From: Haliotis rubra
Taxonomy: Eukaryota
DNA: 64,000 nt
Assembly (NCBI RefSeq): GCF_003918875.1
Contig: NW_025767357.1
Location: forward strand, 186,001-250,000
Direction of reading: 5' to 3'
The translations under genes and the position numbers were made by a program. Positions 28,601-40,400 of the stretch are shown one piece after another; position 1 is the first letter of the stretch, and each line of letters opens with the position of its first letter. Below the pieces are notes generated by a model. That model was given only the letters and a program-made list of their open reading frames with translations, was not told where the DNA came from and did no database searches.

Positions 28601-31592
28601 GAACAAAGTCGGTAAGCTCAAAACCAAATTCTCCTGACTAGCAGTAGAAAAATTGTTTTTTATCTTCGATAGATCGTGTCCTTGTCGATTACGTTAAATT
28701 ACACTCATTGAAATGGTTTCCACTACGCTCAACGTAATCACGCAATTGCAGAATACAATGACAAGTAATTACATGTATATAATACATACTTTCGTGGTGT
28801 GTGAGGCCAGGAGAATACAGTACAACCAGAAATTATTGAGAATTTAAAGACTGTAATTTTTTTATTTCACTCATTACTCCCTTATCAAATGTGAATATTA
28901 GCAGAACATAACTCCAGATTCAAAGACAGGTGAACAGTTAGTATTTTGTCAAGTCACCATGGGCAGCAATGCAGGCTTCAATGCGGCGGGGCATACTACT
29001 GATCAAAGAAGTCGTGGTCCATGCTGTCCCAATATCGGACCACCTCTTCTTTCATTTCAGCAATATTTGTCAGATTTTTCTTATTGAGACTTTCATTCAT
29101 AAGTCCCAAAACATTTTCTATTGGATTTAGGTCAGGGCTATAGCTTGGCCAATCTAATAATGTCATATTTTGGGTCCGAAACTAGGCCTGAACGATGTTT
29201 TGGGTCGTTGTCCTGCTGGAAAATCAAAAAATTTCCATAGAAAACGTGAGCAGATGGAAGTAAATGTCCCTCGAGAATATCTGTGTACCGCTCACTGTTC
29301 ATATTCCCTTCAAATACACAGAGGGGCGTTGCCCCTAACACAGATATGCCACCCCACAGGTTAAATTTCGGACTGTAATTTGGGCGCTGATACAAAGTTT
29401 TAAGGTTTTTCAGTTTGTTTGATACAGAATTTCAGTGTATTAGGAAACAGCCACACAGAACTTTCATCTGAGAAAATCACATTGTCCCAGTTAAAATTTC
29501 TATGCTGTAAGCACCAGTTCAACCTTCGCTCCTTTTGTTCAGGTTTCATGATCGGTGATGGAATTCCTCGACTTTTCTGCCAACCCATTGCATGCAGCTC
29601 AGTTCTAATTATCTCCTTACAGACAACCACAGTTCCTCTATCAAACATATCCAGCCTTAAGTTTTCTAAACTCCTTCGTTTGTTTTTAGAAACAAGAATA
29701 CCAAGCCGCCTCCTGTCACCGACAGTCAATTTACTGGGCCTACCTGCGCCTCCCTGGTGCTCAATGCCATATCCATTTGCAATATTTTTCAAAACACGAT
29801 AAACAGTGGACAAAGGGATGTCTGTTCTACTTGAAATCACTTAAGCTGATCTGATGTCCTTGTTATAATACTCTAAAATCAACTTCCTCTTCTCTAAATC
29901 ATCCATACTGAGGATCACTGAAAATGTCGTCTGCTAGCAAGTAAACAGAGGGGATAACTCTTCACAAACTAATGAAAAAGGATTAACGGAGTTGTCTCTC
30001 TTGAATGAAACCAAGCACTTGATAGCTGGTCAAGGTTGTATATACTAGAAATCCAATAAACATATTCCTAAAATTCTCAATAATTTCTGGTCATACTATA
30101 CATCATTCTGTGGTAATTACACTTCCTGTTTTCACTGGATGTATTCATGATGGCAATGTTTTAAGTAAAAACACGTTGTATTATTTTAAGCATATCAGAC
30201 ATCTAAATCAAACCTATCAGACAAAGCAATTTATCCTAGCGGCACATGTGGTTAATGGTTGTGTGAGCACACAAATGCTAATTTCAAAAACAGTTAATAG
30301 AATACCAAAAAGAATTAAATCAATAACAGGCATTATGGCAAAACCTGAAACAATGTACAACAATGAGGTTACGTCATCCATGAATACGAACATCGAGGGC
30401 TGGGAATGTTATCTACAGTATCTGATATCGTGAACATGTATGATAATTACATATTTATAAAAACATATTTTAAAGCTACTAGGCGTGTTTATAGCATGAG
30501 TATCAGCCTCTGTAGCTATTCCGTGTTTTTAAACCACTGTTCCCTAATAGCTAATATATGTGTAAAATGTACAGATATAATTACAGTATATTTAACTTGA
30601 ATGTTTCGAAAGGTTTGTTTTAGCATAAGATTGTTTAGATGATCTTTTATTATGTTGGACCGTTTTAGATCACCCTATGATGGCGAAGGAATAGCACAAA
30701 TCGGTTTATCATTGGTACTGAGCGGGGGAGTGTGGTTTTACGCCCCTGTTAGCAATATTCCAGCAACATCACGGCGGGAACACCAGAAATGGGCTTCATA
30801 CATGGCGGTGCGTGGTCCTGTGCGTAGAGCTCAGGTCACAATCAGTTGAAGTTAAGCAACGTTGGTCGCGGACAGTCCTCGGATGGGTGACCGTGTTTGG
30901 CAGCTTCAGTTTCTAGGACTTCAGTCCTGCCCCACAACGAATCACATGTGGCGCATGTGGTCTCACCTTAGGCAAGTGAGTTTGTTCAAAATTGCCTCTG
31001 TCCACCCAGCAGTAAAATTAGGTACCTGATATGATACGATGGTAGTCTGAAATTGAACCTTGAGCGCCTGACAGGCGACCGGTTGTATTCTCCACATGGA
31101 GTGTTCTGTACTCGTTGACCAGGGGTAATATGTCAGCGCTTTGAGGATGCAATGTGCATGGATAAACGCGCAATATAAATGGACTATTATTGTTATTATT
31201 ATTGTTCTCATGTCTGGAATCGAACACGTGTATGAAGAGCGAATGCTTTAACCACAAAGGCTGCCCCAAGACAGAACCGGTTACTGTCTACAGCTAAATG
31301 AAGTGAGTCAAATGTACATTGTATCCTACTGTAGGCGATCTTGGACTTTCCTGATGACCGAGCAGGTCCAGGATTACTGTACGAATATAGGAAAAAAGAT
31401 GAATACAATTAGTGAAGAGATTAATATCGCGGTTACATTTTACCTACCTTCTGATTGGGTGTAATTGAAGGTCTTCTTGATGGCATTGGCGTATGCATTG
31501 AAGGCGAACACCGACCCTGCCACGCCCATCCCGATACAGCCCACCACGAGGCCGATAATGCGGAGGACAGTATCCTTGCTTATACGTACCAT
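22678..31592 (-). CDS. Major facilitator superfamily transporter, nodulin-like / MCH1-like, 467 aa
   Basis: Exons 31592-31448, 26230-26024, 23729-22678; total 1404 nt, in frame. Many hydrophobic helices; motifs [52 protein letters not shown]. An extra exon inside the 24740-25564 gap cannot be excluded but is not needed. Confidence 0.88.
23807..24080 (-). repeat. Internally deleted tandem duplicate of the last MFS exon with its acceptor
   Basis: 23807-23976 = 22699-22868; 23978-24080 = 23706-23808 (few mismatches). Confidence 0.9.
24740..25564. other. Assembly gap (N run)
   Basis: 825 consecutive n. Confidence 1.
25565..25765. repeat. (CTA/CTG)n trinucleotide repeat abutting the assembly gap
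   Basis: Read directly from the sequence. Confidence 0.95.
28108..28482. repeat. Minisatellite, 40-bp unit x ~9
   Basis: Unit TAACGAATTGGATAGAATTTGGCTGAGGTCTTGCACTGAT, head to tail with no spacers. Confidence 0.95.
28818..30098 (-). mobile_element. Tc1-family DNA transposon, full length (1281 bp) with an inactivated transposase, inside MFS intron 1
   Basis: 28-bp TIRs CAGTACAACCAGAAATTATTGAGAATTT (28818-28845) and 30071-30098 (3 mismatches), TA on both sides. Transposase 29906-28938 with an [19 protein letters not shown] and [12 protein letters not shown]; early TAA and frameshifts. Confidence 0.93.
30804..31203 (+). mobile_element. 5S-rRNA-containing SINE (SINE3-like) with a CORE-like body and (ATT)n tail, nested in a tRNA-SINE
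   Basis: GAAGTTAAGCAACGTTGG..GGATGGGTGACCG resembles 5S boxes A and C; CTGTCCACCCAGCAGTAAAATTAGGTACC is CORE-like; host SINE halves at ~30725-30803 and ~31204-31268. Confidence 0.7.
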
Positions 31593-34149
31593 TCTGAAAC
31601 AGGTACTGTCAATTCGGTCCTCCTCTATCTCCAACGATGCGTTGATGCTGGTATCAATTTTGATGATTTAAGGTGAAACCAAATTTGAAAACATTATATT
31701 CTTGCACCGATAGAGGCGAAAAATGTTTTACCATGATCCAAAGACGGAACTCTCAGAAATTGATTCTGGAACACGTGAATTGCATAGTATGACTGTAGAT
31801 GGCACAGTGTTACTGAACAACACGTAGTCACTGGAAAACACTCTAAGTCACAGTTGTAGGCAAACTCGTAGGCACAGTTGTAGGCAACTAGTTGACACAG
31901 TGGTAATCAGCCTTAAGGATCAATCCTTTAGCAGTGTACTCCCTAGGATATCAAGATGCAAGTCTATGATGTATCAGATCTTTGCGTTTCAAATTGCCTT
32001 ACGACCGTATCTCTGTACGTAGCTCCCAGCTCCCTCAAGCTGTCACACCGCACTGTCACAGAGAGATGAACAAATCATACCGGTCACGTGTTCAGTCAAC
32101 GTTTTCATACAGGTTAAGTTCTACTCTGATCAGCATTACAGTTAGTTCGGCCATAATCAGCTGTCGCTTGATATCTGATATCTCTGTGTCAGCTGATACG
32201 ACATATGTGTCACCGACATTCTGACACTTCAGTGTAAGCGAACTCTGGACATTATCACTTTGTCACGTTTCTATTCGCGAGTGCAAGGTACAGGCATGTT
32301 ACTCATCATTACACCTGACCTCTACTCTTTGACCCACTGACAGACCCACTCATCAGCTGTTTCATATTACATATATAATGCTGTATAATGATGAGATTGT
32401 ATGTCTCGGGTATACATTAAAGTCGGTAGTACATGGCATCAGCCCGTCACTGTAGCATACACTGTCCTTATGAAGAATCCCGTGGGATAACAACACGGCT
32501 ACAGGAACATACGCTGGTGGTCCGGGGTTGCCAAATGGATTGGTCAGCCTCGGTGACTTTCTATCACTGTTTTTCCATACCCGATTATTTTCCACTGTCA
32601 TTCATCTGGAATATTTCTGAGCAGACAGAACAAACAAACGGGTAGAGGTATTATGAAGATTACACTCTCCCCTCAAGACATGAAATTATTCCTTTTTGAA
32701 TCAATTATAATGGGTAGCATATAATTTGTCTGGCCACCTTATGATTCTTGGAATATGAAACAATATTGTTATTGACAGACAGTTATTACACACAGTTAAC
32801 TCCCTTGTAACGACGATAATGAATGCACAGAGGAGTCCGCTTTGATCACCTAGAAATACAAGCCCAGTGTTCGGAGAGACCATTCCTCACAAGTGATATA
32901 TTTGACAAGAACAGAAAGTCCCTGTCGCCGTGTTCGGCACGCATAGTTACTAGATATCAGCGTCGGCCAGTGTTATATGTGAATTAACGCATCACGTTTG
33001 TCCCCTCACCAGCGTGTGTCTCATCTCGCCTAGTGTACATGACACATCTATCCATAAAGCTGTGTTATTTGAAATAAGGTGGGGATCGATGTGGACCATC
33101 ACCGCATCTGTTGCTCTCGGTATACCGAGCTGTCATATTTACAGGGCATAACTGATCCTAGCGCGAGAGTTCGCTGACATTTCCCGACTGCTCCCTATAT
33201 TTCCTGAAAGTTCCCGACAGTTTCTTATAGTTCCCGATGGTTAGTAATAGTTTCTGACAGTTCTTGATAGTTCCTGACAGTTCCTGACATTTCGTTCCAG
33301 TACCCGATAGTTCCTTGTATCTTCTTTGTAGTTTCCGATCGTCCTTTGTAGGACACGATCGGACCTGATGAGTGAGTGAGTTTAGTTGTACGTCGCTTCT
33401 AGCAATATTCCAGCAGTAATAGACACCAGAAATGGACTTGACACGTTACACCCATGTGGGGAATCGAACCTTGGTCTTCAGGGTGATGAGCGAACGCTTT
33501 AACCACAAGGCTACCCCACCGCTCTCGTACCTGACAGATCCCGACAGTTCACGAGAGTTATTCGTCTTTTCCCGATAGTTTCCAGTAGATCCTTTTAGCC
33601 CAGATATCCTGAGAGTTCCTGAGAGTTCCAGCAGAAACGTATACCTACGAGCTTCCAGAGTGCTTCAGCGTGGGCAAGCAGTGCTGCAATATTTTTCAAC
33701 TCAATTAAAACACAAAATCAGCTTGCTATATTGATCCTCCACATAGCCATGATACGGTACAATGACATGCAACACCTGTCAGCCTAACAGTAAAAACTAG
33801 GGGTGACAGACTGGCAGGAAATGTGTTGCCACATGTAAACATTATGTATATTAATATGAATTGTTGAACTGTGAGAGTTTTATTTCCATGCGATTTAATG
33901 TATATGCTCGGCGTCACTAGTGAAGGGTCAAGCTAATGGGAACACTATGTCGTAAAAGTTGTAAAATCTTCGTTTTTGCTAGAAATATATACAACTGAAT
34001 GTTTTACAAACTTTCTTAACAGTATGGAAAAACACATCAGGCCGTTGAAATGTCATTGTTAAGTTCTTTAAAGTCCGATACATTCTGTTACAAATGGCAC
34101 ATTTTTATTCGAATTGTCAATATGGAAATCCACCTGCAACTTAATGTTA

Positions 34150-34763
34150 CCCTTCAGACGGTGTACTTAGTGTACATGATCGTCTCAATAACCTACTCAC
34201 CCTTCAGACGGTGTACTTAGTGTACATGATTGTCTCAATAACCTACTCACCCTTCAGACGGTATACTTAGTGTACATGATCGTCTCAATAACCTACTCAC
34301 CCTTCAGACGGTGTACTTAGTGTACATGATCGTCTCAATAACCTACTCACCCCCTTCAGACGGTGTACTTAGTGTACATGATCGTCTCAATAACCTACTC
34401 ACCCTTCAGACGGTGTACTTAGTGTACATGATCGTCTCAATAACCTACTCACCCTTCAGACGGTGTACTTAGTGTACATGATCGTCTCAATAACCTACTC
34501 ACCCTTCAGACGGTGTACTTAGTGTACATGATCGTCTCAATAACCTACTCACCCTTCAGACGGTGTGCTTAGTGTACATGATCGTCTCAACCCTTAAGGT
34601 GTACATGATCGTCTCAATAACCTACTCACCCTTCAGACGGTGTACTTAGTGTACATGATCGTCTCAATAACCTACTCACCCTTCAGACGTCCAATTGGTG
34701 TACATGATCGTCTCAATAACCTACTCACCCTTCAGACGGTTAAAGCTTAGTGTACATGATCGT
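34150..34763. repeat. Minisatellite, 50-bp unit x ~12-13
   Basis: Unit CCCTTCAGACGGTGTACTTAGTGTACATGATCGTCTCAATAACCTACTCA; variant units at the right end. Confidence 0.95.
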
Positions 34764-37434
34764 CGGGCGGTCAGGAGGTTAAAGCTTGTATAAGAAGCGG
34801 GGCGGAGTGGTGTAAAGCGTTTGCTCGTCACGCAAAGACCCGGGTTCGAACCCACACATGGGTGCAATGTGCAAAGCCTATTCCTGTTGTGCGCCGCCGT
34901 GATGTTTGGGGAATATTGCTAAAAGCGGCTTAAAACCATACTCACTCAATTGTATAAGAAGCATTTATTTCTGCATACCATATGCAAAACAAGGAAAGCT
35001 AAGGGTGAATCAATTTCAACACTAATTGTGTAAATACAGCTTGCTAGTTCCTGTCAGTGATAATCTTCCCGAAGTGGTTTCACTTATTTTCTATAACGCC
35101 AGTAGTTGGAGAAGTACTGCAGCCCTGCCGTTAAAGGGTTCACCCTTTGCATCGAAGGCTCGGATTCAATTTCAGAAATGGGTATCGCACATGAATATAG
35201 GTGAAGTAACCCAACTCAGCACTCACCCTTCTGCAACATGGACCACAAGAGACAAACACGCCATCTGAACAGTCTTATTCTTTTCATACATCCTGTTGTT
35301 TGAAGGAAGTAAATTTTAAACATGCATATTCTGAAATCAATTATTTAATCCCGGGTGTAGCAAATATGCGTAAAAGCGATATCTAAAATGTGAGCTGTTG
35401 TAACAATTAAGTTGTTTATCATTCCGTTAAAACCCATATGAACAGGTATGTGCAAACATACCCTGGAATCGGAATTTAAGCGTCGAATCAATGACAAGCG
35501 GATGCTGGGTGTAAGGACTGCTGCACCCACTTGAAATCTAAAACTTGACGTCCCTCCACGCTGTGAAGAATAATTTTGTAAGTCAGCGTGAGTTTATGTT
35601 TACGCCGCTTGTGGCAATATTCAAGCAATATCACGGCAGGGGACACCAGAAATGGGCTTCACACATTGTACCCATGTGGGATCGAATCCAGGTCTTCGGC
35701 GAGACGAGCGAACGCTTTAACCACTAGGCTGCCTCACCGCCCTTAAAGAATTGTGTTGTCTGAGACAAAGAAACGTCCATTGTTACATAGCGGATGCAGA
35801 CACATGGCCTAACATTGAAAATAATAATTCGTTTTGTTATGTGAAAAAACACCCAATATACTGTTATGGTAACATTATTCATATTATCAGAAAACAATAT
35901 GTTCTGTGGGAAAATATGTATTCTGTGAACTACGAAGTGCATCTGAAACTGATAAATGTGAATATTGACATACGTTGTGTGCATTAATTATTTCTGCGTG
36001 ACTCACTTTCACAGCAGGCTAGAAGAGCGTCAAACCAGGTAAGAAGATATGCAAGCAAGATGACATAAATTTCATAGATTGTTTAATTGTTTCGTGTTCC
36101 GGGAAGATAACAGTTTGTTAATTTCGATATATTTGCTCGACTGAAAAAAGCAACACTCACGCACCTGGTGTGTTCAGCAATGTGATATGCGTACGGAAAC
36201 GGAAACAGAATATTTTACTCGTTCTGCAAAACGGAAATGAGAACCACGCTGGATGTATGGGTCAATGAAGTAACAACTCGAAATTATTAATTAAATTAAT
36301 TAAATTCTGTTTGCGGCAAAATTTGGTCGGTCACTCTGTAAATGAGGTAGTAAATTTAGTTTTACTGCATTAATGTTCATGTTGTTTAATAAAAGCACCA
36401 CGTACCCGTGTTAAATACGGATGCATGATGTTTTCGTGTAATGCTGTTGAAGGTAAATTGGATTTTGACAGTTCATAACATTGTTTATATATTTCATAAA
36501 AATCATATTTAAGAGTAATTTAATATATTACCCATTGTTGCATTTCTAATACAGAGCAACATGGAGAAAAGTGTGGCTATCCTGATCATAAATGGCGTCA
36601 GAATTTCAGTCAGTGTGGTGTCTCGCAAAATCACGAACCTAGGAATTATGTGGATTTTATAAATATTATTTATTGCTTTTTCCAAAACAATTGGATAGGT
36701 CGTTGAAACATGTATAACAGAATTAAAAACAATTATTTCATTCGAAATATCCGCAATTCAACTTCACCTTCATCCGGATATGAGTTTACATGTTGCTGTA
36801 ATTATCTATCTGTGTATTACGTATCGTAACACATTCATGATCAGTCAGTTGTGATTTGATAAGTCAGACAGATATTCCTTCCGTAAGAGTCGAAATGATC
36901 GAGAAACGTTATAACCTGTATTAAAATGCTTCTCGTCGTACATAGAACCATGCAGGGTCCTGACAGCTAAGGGGCGCAACTCCACACACGTTGCAACATG
37001 TGCCCCCTCCGATATACATGTTTACGTTTATAATACACATTCACAGCGCATACATCCGTTGCTCAGCAATTAAATTACATTTCCATGGTTGCAAAATACA
37101 AGAGAAAACCAAACACATTTCCAGAATTTCCATTTCCTGACACGAACTTGTCCCCGTGCTTCGCATATATCGTTCTCATTATATGTTTAGGTCAGAAACT
37201 AGAGTTACCTCTCCCCTACCATTATGGATTACGGACAGTGCAATGGTCTCCATACAAGATCAAGCTCACGGTTATGCCAACCCGCTCTGTTGTCTGGTCA
37301 AGCGTCTGCAAACTGTCAGCGTCTTTCATAGATTCAAACACGACAGTTAGACGAAATGACAAGTGGATCTGGGAAACACACCCTCAGATCTGACACTGGA
37401 GGAGAAGTCGAAGGCGAGATCCCCAGTCAAATAA

Positions 37435-40400
37435 GATCCCGGACATGCAAACAATAATGCGTCAAATAACCGGACACGCCCGTTGAAAGATGACGTGTTC
37501 AGCTTTATTGATTCTAACATTCGGGGAATACGAGTAAGTTTTACACAATTTTTAATGGATATTTTATGAAGAATGATATGTATATACATGGATACCATTT
37601 ATCATAACTTACGAACCTTTCGACGCATTGAATCATAGCACTATACGAAGTGTAATAAAATCACGAGACTCGAGTAGATAATTTCCCTGCGAAGTTGATC
37701 AACATGATATCAGAACTGGCGTTTGTAGTACATGTCGTAGGGAAGTGTTGCTAGATATTGACGTGTGTCGTTGTGGAATTATGTTACCTTGGAGTAGTGC
37801 TGATATAGGATTCGACCAGCAAATCGCTCAATGACAATCGATGTATGCGACTCTTGGTCTCTTTTAGGGAAAGCAATTTATGGGGAATAAATTAATGCCT
37901 ATATAAGTTCCTGTTTCAGTATTCCATATATGGAGTTGGTGTTGTCGGAGTCATCCTAATCCTCAGGTCTACCAAAGCTGTAAGTTCCACTTCATTCTGT
38001 CAACATGAATTCATTTTAGGTGAGGAGAGCGGAAGGTCGCGGGTTCGATCCCCGACCGCGTCATACCAAAAGACGTTAAAATATGGTACTTGTTGGTCCC
38101 TGCCTGGCGCTCGGCATTAATGGGTACAACAAGGAATGGTCAGCTCGGAGTCAGTATAATGTGTCTGAGTGGGGTATTCCTGCTTCACTGCGGCATGGTA
38201 TCTCAGTGGGCTAGCACTATAAAACCAGCTGAAGTCTGGGCTAGTACAAGCAGCCCAACATACACATACACACGCATGCACGTCGTCATATGAGCGAAAT
38301 ATTCTCAAGCACGACGTAAAACCCAATTTCACCTCACCTCACCTAATTTTAGGTGAAACTGTTTAGGCCCTACTTTGTTTGTTTACTTGACGCCACAATC
38401 AGGTATTTTCAAGCATTGTATTGACTGTGGTCTGTGGACAATTCAGTCTTGACCAGCACTGAAATCTAGGCTATTGAAGATGATATCTATCAAGGTAGCG
38501 AGCCAAACTGTCATTCCACTCTAGTGGTGGTCCGATTAATTGAAATAATCGAAGATTGGTCGCAGTGGCCAAACGACCAAGCAATCGATCACATTTTCTC
38601 ATAATCGAACACAAACGATTTTGGAACCGCTGTAATAGAGTTTGAAATACTTGATGATGGAACATATCTAGGACGTTGTCAGGGCCTGAAAACGTGTTTA
38701 TTTCTAAGAAAACTCACTTCACTTTCTGAAAAGTCATGACTGAATATTTCTTGAAGAATCTGGGAAATTAATGTTACACTGGAACTGAATCATTTTACAC
38801 TGGATGTGAAATCTGCAAATGTAATTTGTGCAGTTTCTAAAAACAACAACAGAGAACCAAATTTTTGTTCTTTATATTTATCTGCAACTACAGCCTGAAT
38901 AGGAAAATCTAAAAAATGACGCTAACCAATTTTTTTTCGATGATTGGTCGTTGGTATTGAACCAATCATCAATTGTGAGATTTCAACCAATTCCCAACAC
39001 TATTCCACTCGCTACGAAATATGCTTCTATCTAATGGAAGCCATGTAAGACTCTTCAGAGGCAATACCAGATTTCAGATTTAAGATTTCATTGTGTTCGA
39101 ATACAGAAAACCTCGTTACTGTTTATTTACTCATTAATGATGTTTGTGGTCAGTAAGTATTTTAGCATAAATACGCAATCACTCACTCATTTTCAGACCC
39201 ATGTATTCCGTAACGTCTCCGACATCCCCAGGATCTATGTCACCCGCAACATCGTCCTACAGGGCCGGGTCGACAACATCGGAACAGACTGTTGTCTCCA
39301 CGTCACACACCGCCCACTCATAGCTCTGCCGTCCTTCCTGAAGTCGCATAGTGTCCACGGTGAGTGACAGGAACAGAGCTGCACTGTAAACACTACTGTT
39401 CAAAACTAAGTTAACCCTTATCGCTATATGACGACGTCTGTAAACTATCAAGTCTGGGCCAGACAATCCAGTGTTCGTTGACATTAGCACGAGTGGTGGT
39501 CCGATTAATTGAAATAATCGAAGATTGGTCGCAGTGACTAAACGACCAAGCAATCGAACATGTTTTCTCATAATCGAATTGAACCAATCTTGGAACACTT
39601 GTTTGCATCATCAATATTTTTCACAAGGTTGCTTTTGTCTGTGTCATTAAATTTACATTTCATAAGCACAACAAGCTTGTTCCAAGTCATGATTGAATTT
39701 ATCTTAAAGAATCCAGCAAACCTGTGTTCCTAACATACTAATAACCCTTTAAATAGGCAAAATTTGCAAATGGATTTCGTTTAATTTGCAAAAAAACAAC
39801 AAATTACTACATGTTTTTTCTTTATCTTTTACAAAGACAACAGGAACATTTGATAAATGACGCTAACCAATTATTTTCGATGATTGATCGGTTGTAATGG
39901 ACCAGTCATCAATTATGAGATTTTAACCAATTCCCAACACTAATTAGCACCACTCTTCGAAATTTGGATAGGATGACAAACATCAACTAAATCAGCGACC
40001 CTGACCTACTGATCAGGATATGGGTTGCTGAACATTGGTGATAGTATACTGCAGTTTGAAACAATGCTCACTAAAGTGCACTGATGTTTCATTAGGGGTA
40101 ATCTAGATTTGGTTGGCTGGTTGGTTGGTTGGTTGGCTGTTTAACGCTGCATTCCGCAATATTCCAGCTAGCTGGTGGCGGTCTATTAATAATCGAGTGT
40201 GGACCAGACAATCCAGTGATTCACATCATGAATATCGTTCTACGCAGTTAGGATACGATGACATGTGTCAACCACGTCTGCGAGCCTGACGACCGATCCC
40301 GTTAGTCGCCTCTTACGACAAGCATGGGTGGCTGAAGACTGCCTTCACGGGTAGGTAATGGAAATATTGGTGCTTTTGTGAGTTGCAGGATTTGGAATAT

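Noticed and set aside
29110-29215. Unusual DDxE spacing in the Tc1 transposase
   Set aside because: The interval is 91 nt and frameshifted, consistent with an 11-nt deletion from an ordinary DD34E; no evidence for a new family.
30847-30893. 5S rRNA gene
   Set aside because: Only the internal control region is similar, and it is embedded in a SINE-like element.
28108-34763. 40-bp and 50-bp arrays as possible CRISPR arrays
   Set aside because: Head-to-tail units with no unique spacers, no cas genes, and a eukaryotic context.
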